A DNA stretch of 62,854 nt, the filler included, from Choristocarpus tenellus KU-1152 (lineage: Eukaryota; Protista; Phaeophyceae): assembly GCA_964200185.2 (NCBI GenBank). It is 10 parts of 10 records of this genome, joined end to end, with 100 filler letters (N's around TTAATTAATTAA, not from the genome) between each part and the next. Parts side by side here need not be neighbours in the genome. Positions count along the whole stretch, not along the records: positions 37,785 to 48,782 come from CAXNAD020002574.1; positions 48,883 to 51,803 come from CAXNAD020023645.1; positions 51,904 to 59,293 come from CAXNAD020006227.1; 7 more parts are not named here. One strand, written 5' to 3'. A program made the translations under genes and the position numbers. Numbering within the stretch: position 1 is the stretch's first letter; each line of letters begins with the position of its first letter. Shown here piece after piece: positions 37,801 to 51,966 of the stretch. The notes beneath the pieces are model-generated. The model was given only the letters and a program-made list of their open reading frames with translations, made no database searches and was not told where the DNA came from.

Positions 37801-40800
37801 CGGGCCTGGTAGATGTAGACGTTTAGGCGAACGGGTTTTGGTGGCCTCATAGTGATCAGTCCCCAGTCAGGCGCTTGTTCTTCTGGTCCAAAGCCAAGAC
37901 GTAAGAGGAGAGAGCCAGCAAACTCATTGGGATCCTTGCTGGTCACCGCCTGCATGAAGTGAGGGTTAAAAGATCAGGAATGATTCGTACCACTGTACCT
38001 CTAAAAAACTTCTCTGTTAGGTATACAGTCATTCTCGTAGAAACTGAACTGGAATTTCAAACCTGACTGGAAGATGATACTAATGGGCTCATGGTATTGT
38101 TGACATCTTTGTTGAAATTTTCCATCATGTTGTACAAACCATAAGGCATCGGAGCTAAAGGATTTAAGAGGGGGTTGAAGGGCAATACATACAAAAAAAT
38201 TTACAAAGTACGCATACTGTAATGGATTGAAAAATGTGAAACAACAATTTTGTCAAAAGAACAGTAATCAAGTATTAATTTTAAAAGAGACTTGCAAAAG
38301 AAAATTAATTATGATGAAAACCTGGAGTACCTTCAACACTACATTTACCAACACAATAACATGAATACCAACATGAATAAAATAAGTATAAAATACTAAC
38401 CCTAACCCTAACATCAATAAAACAAGAATAAAACACACATCCACATATGCCAAAATGATATATATTTGTATGTATTGTACATGTGTTCTACTTTTTCACA
38501 CCTGATCAGTAGTGAGGTGGACCCAGTGTGGTTCAGTCCGGAAGCCCTTATCGAGGAGATCCTTTGCATTGAACCTGGCAAAAGCAATTGGTTCTGCATG
38601 CGAACCTGTCCCCCGTACAAGGTATACAAAGATATCTGGGATCTTCTCACACCACATCGAACAACAACACACACACAAACAAACATAACACACACAAACA
38701 TAACACATGCATAACACACACACAAACACACATCGGGGTAGAGAAGGTTTCATAACATGAGGGGAGGGAGGGAGAGGGAGGGAAGGAACACCCTAACCCT
38801 AACGCCAAGAAGCAGTCCAAGTTAGTGATGCATGACAGGAGAGCCAATGACGACCACACTTCATAACCATAAATAAATATATAGTTCAAATAATAATAAT
38901 AAGAAGAATAGACAAAAAAATAAGAAACGCTACTAGTAACACCACAGTTAAATGCATAATGGAAAGTGCTTTGTTACCTTTCTACCACCTCAGCAAAACT
39001 CAACATAAATATATATATATATATTTTTAATATCCAAAACTTGTTTTTTCTTGTGTACCTGTTTAGGGTCAACAGGTAGCAATAGAGGATTTCCTCCCAC
39101 TTCTGGCACTGAAAGAATCTTGTTCCAGTGAATAATGCCTGGTGCGGTGGCGGAAAACTCTCTGCTGTCGGTCATGTCATCATGACGTGCTATAGCTACC
39201 TGTGACAAGGGACAAGGGAGGGACAAGGGAGGGACAAGGGAGGGACAAGGGAGGGACAAGGGACAAGAGACAGGTGGTTTAAGGAAAATGAAAAAATTAG
39301 GAAGGAGGACAAGATGGGAAAATTCTGAGAGAAATCGGTGAGAGAAGGATAGCACAGAACTGATGATATAATTTAATAATTTTAGTAAAATCTATACAAT
39401 GTATTACATTGGTGACAGTGGCAGTAGTAGTGGACATAGACATTGAGGAAAGAGTACAAAGAAAATAAAAATAAAAGTAATATATAGTACTGACAAACAA
39501 CAAAAAATAAAAGGGTTAGGGTTAGGGTTAGATGATAACAGAAGGGACTCCCTCTCTCCTCTCCCCCTTGTCCTCCTCACTCACCATGACAGAAAGCTTC
39601 TTACTGCCAAGTCCCTTCTGTGCAGGCAGGTCACTTCCAGAGTACACTGCACAACGCAGAATCATTTTCCTTGCCCTTGGCATCTGTAAAAAACAACATA
39701 ACATTAAAATATTAACATATTTATCAAAACATTAACATCAACTCGAGGAAACGACCAGAGAAAGCGCACAGAAAATTCTGGAAAATTGTAGAAAATTCTG
39801 AGTCCAAGATCAAAACTAATTAATGTGCAAAGGGCACTGACTTCCACTTGACATGTGGTATAAAGCATTTCAGCTTAGTATTGAATTGTTCAGGAAAACC
39901 TTTCAAGCAGGCATATTTCAAACCCTTGATGAAACAACCCCCCTCCTCTTCCATATTTTGTAGCAGCTCTCCTCTTAGGTAAATCTCTTGATGCAATACT
40001 TCCAATGTATGTGTATATAGTACTATTACCACTACCAATGTAAATAATGATGTTTTTATTTCACTGCATAAAATCAACACTTGTTTACAAAGTATATTAT
40101 TTATATTTCTCACACAGGATAAAGGAATGAGGGGACAAGGCCATCACATGATAGTAACCTTCATATGACCATTGACCATCTATCTTACCTTAGGTGTCAC
40201 ATGTCTCTTGGTGAGCATTTCCTTGTACACCATCTGAATCCTCTTCTTTTTCCCCTGGCAAAATAAGGTACAGCACATCGATGGTACACCAGTTAGTATA
40301 TTTACTATGGGGATTAAAGAACACATAGGGCATGGTGGGAAATAAAATAAAAAAGAAGACATGAAAGTTATCCATTAATACATAAAAATAATAACAATAA
40401 ATACTGAATTCTTTCATTCCTGAATCAAGATAGTATATCATATGTTTCAGTAGTACTACAACAGACAAAACCCAGGGTTAGGGTTAAGGATAGAGATCAA
40501 ACACCTTTATAGGATAGAGGACTGTTCTAGTGTGATAGGGTTAGGGTTCAAGATCAAGCACGTTTATAGGATAGAGAAGGACTGTTCTAGTGTGATAGGG
40601 TTAGGGTTAGAGATCAAACACCTTTATAGGATAGAGGACTGTTCTAGTGTGATAGGGTTAGGGTTCAAGATCAAGCACGTTTATAGGATAGAGAAGGACT
40701 GTTCTAGCGTGATAGGGTTAGGGTTAGAGATCAAACACCTTTATAGGATAGAGAAGGACTGTTCTAGTGTGCGTGATGGTGTAATTTTTTAGGGAGGGGA

Positions 40801-43800
40801 ATGCCTCAAAACTCTTTTTTTTTCTCTTCTGTTGCACTAGCATATAATGATATATAATGATAACAAATACTAATATTACTACTACAAATTTCAAATGCAA
40901 TAAAAAAATAAAGAAATATATGAAAGGGTGCATCTCTCCATTCCAATATTTCTACTTCTGGCACATTAATTATTTCACCACACTCTATACCTGGGAATCA
41001 ATTGTATCAATTGATACAATTACGCAAAGTATTCATATCAATTGTTTGATATGTAGCTATTGATATATATAGATATGATCAGAGAGGTAACCCTAACACT
41101 AATATCAGAAAAACTGAAAAAAAGAGACTGTACATGTAGTTGCAAGTGGAATTGAATATCACTATCAACATTATCAATAGCAGTACGTATCAGTTTCCAC
41201 AAGATCGAATATCAGTATCATTAGCATCAGTATCAGTATCATCAAACATCAGATATCAAGATCAATACTATCAATTATCAATATCGCAAGTTATCAATAC
41301 TAAGACCAGCATCAAAACATCAACGCCGTAAGTATCAAATATCAAATATCAAATATCAAAGATCAAGATCACTAGAATCAAGTATCAACATCAACAGCAT
41401 CAAATACCAGCAACAAGATATAGCACCATATTTCAACATCAATAGTACCAACTATCAACAACAGAATGAGATCTCAGCCACAGTAACTCCTCCATCCAAA
41501 CATCAATTCATGCAGACAGAAGTCAACCCTACGCAACACTCACAACACCACTCTCTCTCTCTCGATATATATATATATATATATATATTCTACACCTCAT
41601 TACACCTCATTAGTGTCCATACGCAAGGTCAGCAGCAGCTCTCCTCTGGAGGTAGTGGCCTCCCTGGGCTTGGTTCCCTGTAGCTCCAGCTTATCACGGT
41701 TATGGAATGGTTTGTTCAAAAGATTTCCACCGTAGATTGGTGCCCAGAAAGGCTCTGCATAAATCTGAAATTATGCATTTTGTTTATACATAAATAACAT
41801 GTGTATGTAGAATATAGTACAGAGCAAGAAGCAAACAAGCATGGAACAAGAGCAGCAAAAGCTACATTGTCAGCAACATAAAAGGAGAAACCCATAGCCA
41901 ATGGCACACCAAACACAAAACATTACATTTCTCATCTCAAGAAAAAAATATATATATGGCATCACCAACAAGTCGTACATACACATAATACACACATATG
42001 TTGTGAACAAAAATAAAAAACAATACACACATAAACACATAAAAACAACCTTTGACCACACCAGACTAGACATTCCCACATGAAATGAAGGTAGCAACAA
42101 AGGAAAACAAGTCCCTTTCCACAGTACCCACAATTAATATAGTATAAATATTACAGTTACCATGTCTTAGTAAGAGTAAAGTACACAACACCATACCCAA
42201 ATCACATCATCCCATCAGCTATAAAAAACCTAACTCTAACTCTTCCAATCCCAATACATACTACTATATATAACTATATATTACTACATATTACTTGAGA
42301 GCAGTAAAAGTGCTTGGTATAAAGAGTAACCAACAGAATAACAATCACAAAAATATATTATGATCATACTGAGTTAACTCCACCTTGTTCTGAACAGCCT
42401 TGAAGCTGAAGATGCCACAAGTGCCAACAATCTCGTCCTTGGCTAGGTCATCCTTGTCCCACACACTGATCTCAATACGATTTGTCATCGTTGGGACCTG
42501 AATCAAACAAAAAACATTATTGTATTGACACATGGGAAGGGCATTCAATATATATTTAACAGAACAGTATATACATACTACATAATCTTACAAGAGTTAT
42601 TACAGTTAGAGCTGCACTTGATACCATAATCATGGTTCTGACTGAAAGCGAAACATTTTCTTTATGGGCAAATACAGTTTTTCATTTTTATACTTTGATA
42701 ACATTGGGAAAAACGTGGGCACAAATGTCCTACTTACAATTGGTAATAAATGTCATACATACAATTAGTAATAAATGTCGTATATACAGTTAGTAATAAA
42801 TGTCATACATAAAATTAGAAATAAATGACATACATACAATTAGAAGTAAATATCCTACATACAATTAGTAATAAATGTCATACATACAATTGGTAATAAA
42901 TGACATACATACAATTAGAAGTAAATATCCTACATACAATTAGAAGTAAATATCCTACATACAATTAGTAATAAATGTCATACATACAATTGGTAATAAA
43001 TGTCGTATATACAGTTAGTAATAAATGTCATACATAAAATTAGAAATAAATGACATACATACAATTAGAAGTAAATATCCTACATACAATTAGAAGTAAA
43101 TATCCTACATACAATTAGTAATAAATGTCCTACATACAATTGGTAATAAGTGTCCTACATACAATTGGTAATAAGTGTCCTACATACAATTGGTAATAAG
43201 TGTCCTACATACAATTGGTAATAAATGTCCTACATACAATTGGTAATAAATGTCATACATACAATTAGTAATAAATATCATACATACAGTTAGTAATAAA
43301 TGTCATACCTACAATTAGTAATAAATATGGTACATATAATTGGTAATAAATATCGTACATACAATTAGTAATAAGTGTCCTACATACAATTGGTAATAAG
43401 TGTCATACATACAATTAATAATAAATGTCCTACCTACAATTAGTAATAAATGCTCTACATATAATTAGTAATAAATATCCTACTTACAATTAGTAGCCAT
43501 AAAGGCTGGAACAGTATTTGCATGACAACTTGCTCTAAATGGTGTAAAAAAAATAAGAATAATAACCCTTGCTAGACCTCGTCAACCCCTAACACTCTTA
43601 CATTATGAGTAGAACTCATGTTGTGAGAAAATTAATATTAAAGTTGATGTTCAACACTTTCGAAACAGATTTTGAAAAATAATAATAATAATAATAATGA
43701 CAAAAAAATAAAACTTTGGTGAGAGCTATTGCCAGTGGTTGAGTGAACCAGGAAAGGGAAGCTGGAGGTTGGGGATGATCGACACCCTGTTGATGGTGTG

Positions 43801-46800
43801 AAGATAATAGTTAATTCACTGTTCTGTACTGAAGATAGAGTGTTTGGATTAGGGTTTGGGTTTGACTTAGGGCTGGGAAAATACTTCTCAACACTACAAA
43901 ATGCTTGGGGATGTAGCAGCACATTCATGCAGACGATCCATATACACATACTCAACAAACACAAAAGGCTAATCAAATCCTAACCCTAACTCTAAATTAC
44001 TTTGAAGTGAAACACACACACAGAGAGAGAGAGAGAGAGCTATATTGTTGAGGGTAGTACAACCAGCAGAAGCACACCTGGATGGGAATATAAATCTGTT
44101 GACTCCAGGTCACCGTCACCCTGCCACCCTTAAGGAAAAGGAAGAGACAAAGACCAGTATTGACAGTGCAGATTGAACCCCGAGTACCGAGTACCAAGTA
44201 CCAAGTACCAAGTACCAAGTACCAGGCAATAAAGCAGGTCAGGACCAAATGAAGACATCAAATGAAGACAAGGGATCATCAGTCACAAGAACAACAGAAA
44301 TGGGCAAAACAGAGTGGGCCACAGGTCAACCAAACTATGATATAACTTATTATGTAACTCATTATACGTAAGTTATGAGGTAACTTAAGATGCAAGTTTG
44401 ACCAGGTACTCCCAGGTACTGCACAAAAACACAAATAAATCTAGAATGCAGAAAACAAAAACAAAGTATTACAGGAGGGTTATAAGGTGGTCCACACTAA
44501 CAATCACAAAAAATAAAAATTACAAGAAATAAGAAAAAAAAGGATCAACAAGACCTGCTGTAAAATCAGGTGATCCCTACTGTGTTGAACAACTCCATTG
44601 AATAGTCTGCAGCTATATCATTATTATTATTATTATTGTGGTTCTTGTATCATGCTTGTTCTTATGAAGAAAAATATGTTACAACCTTAGCCCAAACAGC
44701 AAACAGTGTATCACCACTCAATAAAAAAATGTGCTAGTACAGTAATACATGTCAACAAGAGTATGAATAGGTATTTTGTTGTTTAAAATGAACTTTACAC
44801 TAAACCTTAATCACTCTAGAGCCAACAACTACTGTTACAGCTACAAAGGAAACATCCCATACAATACAACACAATACTGGTGATAAACACACATACAACA
44901 TAATGCACCGTAACACTACACTCTCTGCCTACCTGTAAAACAACCATCAAGAACAGCACATGGCTGGAAATGAAACGATCAAACAGTGATCTCCAACCTT
45001 TTGCCAACAATAACACCAATCAATAAATCAATCTAGACTGCTTCTGTAGTTCTAATAGCAAAGGTTATCTAACCCTAACACTAATCCAATTCCTTTCAAT
45101 TATGTACCCTTTAGGCATCAAATACAAAGGTACATCCACAATACACAAAATAATAAAATCAATCCAACAAAATAATTAGTATTGATAACAACACACCAAT
45201 AATAAAATCAATATGATGATGAGATTCCTTACCTCAAAGCCCTTGTCTTTTGCGACAACAATCCTTGTCCGGATGGGCTCACTGTCTGCAAACTTGACAA
45301 GCACATAGGCATCGATTGACTTCCTCCCTGTGAAGCTCATGTCAAGGGGAGGGATATTCTGTCCCATGTACACGGTCACCACCAGAAACTGAAGCTTTTG
45401 AGATATCTGCATCACACACACACACCACAGACAGAAACGTACATACATATATACATACATATATACATACATACACGAACATACATACCTACATATATAC
45501 ACACATACATACATACATACATACATGCATACACATACATACATACCTGCATATATACAAACACATACATATATACATACATAAATACATACCTACACAA
45601 ACATGCATACATATACACAAACACATAATACATACCTACATACATATATATACAAACACATACATACATACCTACATACATATATATACAAACACATACA
45701 TACATACATAAATACATACCTACACAAACATGCATACATACATACAAACACATAATACATACCTACATACATATATACATACAAACACATACATACACAC
45801 ATACCTACATACACACGTAAATATACATAAAACAAAAATACAAAAATCATTTACATGCACCAATTCAAATATGTGTACTTAATTTGTCACCATCACCAGA
45901 CAGACAAACTCCATTGTTAAAAACTCCACTGTTAAAAACCGCACGAATATAAAAATAATATTGTTCAGAAAAGAAAAAAAAATCAACACTTCAACACGCA
46001 CACAGTAACATTCTTTAGTGAAAACTGAGGTGGGAAAAAGGATGACATCGATAATGATAATAATAATAATTCCCATCCTCATTGAGGCCAAGTTCGGGGA
46101 GTTGTGCACAACAATAAAATAATAATAATAGTAACAACAATAATAATATATATTTTAAAATACAGACCTGAGGCATTAGGGCATCCACCATCTGCAACTC
46201 TCCTTCGACTATTCCAGCGTTTTCCCTCTCCTCCTTGATCTCCTTCTTACGGTCATGGAAAGGAATGCGGTCATTTGGTCCCAGAATAGTCACTGACAAG
46301 TGCAAGTAGCCCTGTATCAATAGCAATGACAGTTACAACAGTTACAACACAGTAGTGAAAGGCAGGGGGTTAGGGTTAGCTCAACAGAACTCAGGAGTGA
46401 GTCCCAGTTCTGTCTAACAGTAGTAAAAGTAATCAAAAGGAAGTAAAAGTAAGGGGATATACCTCACTTTGCATGTACCTCACAAAATGATTCTTGGGCA
46501 AAAAGCACCCCAAAAAGCTGAATAAAACAAAAACAGATTGACTGTATGTATGTATATATTGAGTCACTATGGACAAACAGTGCATCTCAAGGAAAGACAA
46601 GGATAGATCATCACACGTAAAGCAAATAGTATATATCTTTCATTACATCTTTCATTATATATTTCTCTATATCTTTCATTATATCCTTCATTATATCCTT
46701 CTATCCACCACCAAAAAAAAAAAAACTTGAGTACTCTGAGAAGCTCTATCTATCTAAGGATTTTTTCTTCCCATACATAACATGTAAGAGATGAACACAA

Positions 46801-47768
46801 ACACACATAAAAGCAATTTTAAAAAATCAAAACAAAACAAAGAAAATTTTCTTACTTTCCATAATAATAACATTATAATACAGCTTATTCAACATCAAAC
46901 ACTCCCCCTCCCCAATGAATTACATTGAATACATACATTACATTGCAAAACTGACAGAACTGACCTGAACACCTCCTTTACTCTTGACGTGGGTATTGGA
47001 CAAGGCCACCCACTGCCGATACAGCTCATGGTTATCCCTGAACAAAAAATAAAAAAATAAAATGGAAGAAAAAAGTAATAAAAATATGAAACAAGACTTG
47101 AAAAAAAATTGAGGGCGGAGGAAGGCGTTTGGGTTGTAGGAGGAAGGCGTTATGTCTTACCAAATAAGACGTAAGATATTACCAAAAAACAACAAGCCCA
47201 CCACTACCATACCTCACTCTAACCCTACCCATAACCTTCATATACAACTATTCATTCCTCTTCTGGAACCAAGCAACCTCTTATATTGTATAATATTGAA
47301 GGCGTGTGTGTCTGGGTTTAGGGTTAGGGTTAGGTGGTTGGCCCAGGACACAAAAGTAGTCTATAATATGATAATGAACTTAATATTATCATAATAGTCT
47401 GCATATATTCGTACATCACACGCAAGCCCTAACCCTAACAATACAGCACTCTAAATACACACATATAAACAACATATACATTAATATTCCCTAGCCCTAA
47501 CAATACAGCACTCTAAATACACATATATAAACAACATATACATTAATACTCCTACACACGGTCAACAACCTGGAGTCTATTATCCGATGGACTCCCTTCA
47601 ATGATCCATAAAAATAATACCAAAATATGTAGAACATGGTACATAATAACAGAACATGAACACATGATAATACCTGTAGTATATGTAGTCAAAGTCAGCC
47701 TGGAAGCTTCCAATCAGTGACTTCCCCAGCACATCCGCATCCAGCACATTGATCTTGATCACCCCTTG
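37801..47768 (-). CDS. ferlin-family multi-C2-domain protein (otoferlin/myoferlin-like), internal part
   Basis: Exons 47674-47768 (IKINVLDAD...LIGSFQADFDYIY), 46965-47037 (HELYRQWVALSN), 46168-46311 (GYLHLSVTILGPND), 45233-45406, 44078-44128, 42384-42497 (VPTMTNRIEISVWDKD...DEIVGT), 41623-41754 (PFWAPIYG...RGELLL), ~40189-40254, 39585-39683, 39059-39199, 38502-38642 (IPDIFVYL...AFAR) and 37801-37949 (LNVYIYQAR) are in ferlin order with GT-AG ends. Confidence 0.9.
39203..39267. repeat. short tandem repeat (gggacaaggga)n
   Basis: Seen directly. On the minus strand it forms the polypyrimidine tract before exon 39059-39199. Confidence 0.9.
40474..40770. repeat. ~60-bp minisatellite with embedded TTAGGG motifs (~4.7 copies)
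   Basis: Unit agatcaaacacctttataggatagaggactgttctagtgtgatagggttagggtt, with alternating variants. Confidence 0.92.
42723..43495. repeat. 24-bp minisatellite (~32 copies)
   Basis: Unit tacatacaattagtaataaatgtc with point variants and no spacers. Confidence 0.95.
45440..45815. repeat. (ACAT)n-like compound microsatellite
   Basis: Degenerate acat/atac runs with internal longer duplications. Confidence 0.9.
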
Positions 47769-47825
47769 CTAAAGGTTGAATAAGACCATGAACAAGAAAC
47801 ACGACACACACAAATGAGACAGAAA

Positions 47826-48203
47826 AGTACTAATATAAAGATTAGGAATACATGTACTATTGTAGAGAATAGGAATACATGTGCTAATATAAATATTAGG
47901 AATACATGTACTATTGTAAAGATTAGGAATACATGTACTATTGTAAAGACTAGGAATACATGTACGATTGTAAAGATTAGGAATACATGTGCTAATATAA
48001 AGATTAGGAATACATGTACTATTGTAAAGATTAGGAATACATGTACTATTGTAAAGATTAGGAATACATGTACTATTGTAAAGAATAGGAATACATGTAC
48101 TAATATAAAGATTAGGAATACATGTACTATTGTAAAGAATAGGAATACATGTACTATTTTAGAGATTAGGAATACATGTACTATTGTAAAGAATAGGAAT
48201 ACT
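47826..48203. repeat. 27-bp minisatellite (~14 copies)
   Basis: Unit aggaatacatgtactattgtaaagatt. Confidence 0.95.
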
Positions 48204-48637
48204 ACATACCTTTGTAGGCGTATACCCCTCCACCAAACAAAACACTGTACAAACCACTATACAAGAGACGACAGTTTAATCTACCAACAGGTCATACTAT
48301 TAGGATTGAAACAGAAGCATCAATAATGTCAAAATATGTCAAAATACCGGTATGAAAACGAAAAAACCAATCAAGTAAAAAAATAAACAATTTTCATAAT
48401 TTTCTATCTTCAGCCTTCTCCTTGATCCAATCATTCTCCAAACGAATCAAACCTCCAATATAATAAATTAAAAAAACAAAATAAAACAGGAATAATCAAT
48501 CCATCCCAGGAGTGACCTTGCCGGAAACAAAAAGAAACAAATACTACAGACATAATAACCCTAACCCTAATACTGCATATTACTACACATTGAAAACTCC
48601 CAACCTCCCCCAGAAACTAAACTTACACCAGAGCGAG

Positions 48638-48640
48638 CCC

Positions 48641-48690
<50 letters not shown>

Positions 48691-48760
48691 CCCCCCCCCC
48701 CCCCACCCCCCCCCCACCCCCACCCCCCCCCCCCCTCCCCCCCCCCCCCCCCACCCCCTC
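48638..48760. repeat. poly(C) tract
   Basis: Over 100 nt of nearly pure C at a contig end. Confidence 0.9.
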
Positions 48761-48782
48761 CATCCCTATCCCACCCCACACA

Positions 48783-48882
48783 NNNNNNNNNNNNNNNNNN
48801 NNNNNNNNNNNNNNNNNNNNNNNNNNTTAATTAATTAANNNNNNNNNNNNNNNNNNNNNNNNNNNNNNNNNNNNNNNNNNNN
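48783..48882. other. artificial contig linker
   Basis: N44-TTAATTAATTAA-N44. Confidence 0.98.
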
Positions 48883-48989
48883 GTCTAATCGAACAGTAAC
48901 TTCTCGAGGTGACCTCCGATGAAAAAGTGTTTTTTTACTTTGTATTCCTTGAGTTTTTTACTTGAAAAAAATCTTCGTCGCTTTCCTCG

Positions 48990-49727
48990 TGCCCATCAAT
49001 CCACCAATCCACCGCCGAGTCGAAGGCCCTCTATCGATTCTGACATATGTTGGCAGACTTCCCTTACGCTGCCTTTTCTTAGTTCTGGTGTGCTGTACCT
49101 CGAAATCGTTATCCCCTAGCGCCTTCAAAACTTCATTGTACCGCTTAAAGACGCCCTGCTATTCCCTCTCAAATGTATCTGCGTCGTGCGCGCCGTACAT
49201 GCTCTTTACCCCCTTCACAAGGTCGCCTATCGTACCGTAATGCTCCCTCCAAAGTCTACTTTTTAGGGATGCAAAGAACCTCAAATCGTTGATATTGAGA
49301 TCAGGTGATCGCGCAAGCTGCGTTACGAGCTTAACGTTCCACCCCCCTCCCTCCGGGCTTCGTTGAGCTTCCAAGGCGTTTCTCTTCCCATATGGGGGGT
49401 TGCTCCGTCCTGCTGCGAGACCACCTCCTCACCCTCCAACTACGTCAACTTTTTCCTTCAATACGAGGAGAAACGTCTCCACGTACCACTCCCAGTACCG
49501 CTTCACATCAAAGTAATATTGATACCTCCTCTCGAGGCGGGTCGAATTTCCCTGCGCCTGCTTGATAGTGGAAACATGTTGGATTCCGATCATGCCGTCG
49601 AAATTGCGGGAGGATCTGGGCGCGAAAAGGCACATATGAACACCACCTTAGGAATGTAACTTCTTGTGCTGTACCTTGGTGGAGTCCACCCTTTCCTTCT
49701 GAGCCCACTCTTTCGGAAGGCGTTTCT
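48990..49727 (-). mobile_element. Tc1/mariner transposase remnant, plant/stramenopile mariner type (DD39D-like), pseudogenised
   Basis: Motifs PKVVFICAFSRP, QQDGATPH, TQLARSPDLNINDLRFFASLKS and GDNDFEVQH, with frameshifts and an in-frame TAG at 49159. Confidence 0.85.
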
Positions 49728-50397
49728 TACCTGGAGGTAGGGGTAAAGCGTGTCATACGGTCAGTGCTTTTCGAACTTCCTCGCTCACCTCGAAATACTA
49801 ACCTGAAAGACGACGGACTCGCCGGAGTGGGCATATTGGCTACGGGACTCAAGTCACAGATGGTCAGGAGGCTAAGCGAGAGTCCTGCGGCTCTTGGCGA
49901 GGTGCTGATATGTTGTGTGACAATGAAGGGGTGTGTACCTGCCAGTAGGCATGACCCAACCACTGAAAATGGGACCGAAATAGACCGTTTTTCAATTCCA
50001 CCTCTTGGAATAATTAAGAACTATTTCGGAACAAAATGCGACAACCAAAAATTTCGTCCGAACAATCATATTTATAGGTTCAATTTGAGACGTACATTAA
50101 TAGGAAAATCTTCGTATTCGTGAAGAAACAACCAAAACAAAAAGTCAAAATCCATAAAGTCGCAGACTTAAGAGACAATGGGAATGGGTCGTAAGGGCGA
50201 CACAGCAGAGTGGCTTTGGGTAATGTTTTGAGAGTTGTAGGACGAATTTCACCCCAAACCTGGATAAAATACAACATGAGGTACAACAGAACCCTCAAAT
50301 AGTTTCTTACTGGACATGCAACTCTCTCCAGGTCCAAAAACAGCCTTAGCCCTGGTTACATTCGACACCTCACCTACCTGAATCTCCTGTTTGACAG

Positions 50398-51803
50398 TTG
50401 TCTGCCCATCCAATTCCACCCCTACCATTTGTGGCAAACCACAGGGAGGAGCTGGGGGGGGGAATCTCTACATTAACGTGGGAGGGGATGCCTTTATTGA
50501 AGGTGTCTTGAGTGCTGATGGGCATCCAGGTGATGGCCCTGGTGCAGGTGGTGGTGCTGGAGGCAGCCTTACACTTATTGTGAATGGTACATTATTAGGG
50601 TCTGGCAACATTACTGCAGATGGTGGGAGTGGGAGGACAGCAGCTACGGGCTGGGGAGGAGGGGGTGCAGGAGGCCGTGTGTTTGTTACTTCAAGGGAAG
50701 AAGGAATGACCATGTCAAATTCTTACTCTTGTGCTTACTCCAATTTTGATGGTATCTTGAGGGCTGCAGGTGGTGGCACCCTTGAGGGTGAACCTAGGCG
50801 GGGGGAATGGCTACCTGGGACAGGATTGGAGGGGGTAGCAAGCCTGGGCTGGCACCTCTCCAAGGATGTTGATGCTGCAGGGGGAGGAACAGTTTTTCGG
50901 CGGGTATTTAACAAGAGCAAGGCACGGAGTGCAAATGTTTTGGATGTGGAGAAGGGCTACCCGTGCCAGGAGTTGATAGTGGATAACAGCAGCCCACATC
51001 CGTCCCTATCAGAATATATGGAAGAAGAATCAAACGTCTCATATGCCCTTTCCTTTCGGCAGGGGTGGGCATGGGCAGGGAATTTCAACAGCTCAGACAG
51101 CAGTTATGGTGCCCTTGATGCCCTCACTCTCCGTGGAGGAGGATGCCTGGAAGTGAGCCGTGGCTCAAACGTGTCTGTGGCAGGGAATTTCAGCAGTAAC
51201 TGTGACGGCACCAGCACTCTGCGGATGACCAATGGATCAATTCTGCACTATGCTGGAGGGCAAGGGGGAAATCTTGAGATCAATGGGGTTGAAGTACACC
51301 TTGCCAATGGAACGCTGGCCATCGAGGTGGAGGTAAGAGCGTGGGATGGGAGCAGTGCTGGAAATGTTTCCATTGGTACAGATGGGCAACTGCGATTGGG
51401 TCGCTCATCTAGCACAGAGGGTAGCAACCTAGGACAGCTCCATTTCAACTGGCTTGTGGTTGGGAGGAGTGGCATGGTGATTATTGAGGATGGATCTGAG
51501 GCACCAACAATCTCTGCCGAGGGAATCTGGATTCTTGAGGGTGGAAGTATCACAGCAAAGGGTTGCGGTGGGGCAGGCAGCAAAGCTGGTCTTGAGGACG
51601 CTACGGGAAGGCTACCAGGTGAAAGTACTGCCAACTTTGGAGGTGGGGGGGGGCATGCCGGTCGTGGAGGACACATAGAAGCAAATGCTGATGACAAAGC
51701 ACATTTTGGTTCTGCAATAGAACCGTCCACAGCAGGGAGTGGGGGGGGGGCAAGTTTATCAGGTGAGGGTGGAGAGGGAGGAGGAGGGATTATTCTGGAA
51801 GTA
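50398..51803 (+). CDS. large Gly-rich GGGxGGS/GGR-repeat protein (probable extracellular beta-solenoid), partial exon
   Basis: ~470 open codons with GAGGGAGGSLTL, ITADGGSG, GGGGAGGRV, GGGGGHAGRGG and GSGGG...GGEGGGGIILEV, typical of this uncharacterised plant/algal/animal family. Truncated by the contig end. Confidence 0.75.
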
Positions 51804-51903
51804 NNNNNNNNNNNNNNNNNNNNNNNNNNNNNNNNNNNNNNNNNNNNTTAATTAATTAANNNNNNNNNNNNNNNNNNNNNNNNNNNNNNNNNNNNNNNNN
51901 NNN
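51804..51903. other. artificial contig linker
   Basis: N44-TTAATTAATTAA-N44. Confidence 0.98.
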
Positions 51904-51966
51904 CCCCCTAAGATACTTTGACCCGGAATCTCACACAGAGGAATTTCTCGAAAGCATTGCCCTCAC

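Noticed and set aside
42723-43495. CRISPR-like array
   Set aside because: The 24-bp units are contiguous with no unique spacers, there are no cas genes, and it lies in a eukaryotic intron.
45398-45850. MYVC/HTYI-rich ORFs
   Set aside because: Microsatellite translations.
47814-48326. 170-aa ORF of IRNTCTIVK repeats
   Set aside because: It is a by-product of a 27-bp minisatellite that happens to be stop-free, antisense within a ferlin intron.
48512-48838. Poly-Pro / poly-Gly ORFs
   Set aside because: Poly(C) tract at a contig end running into the linker.
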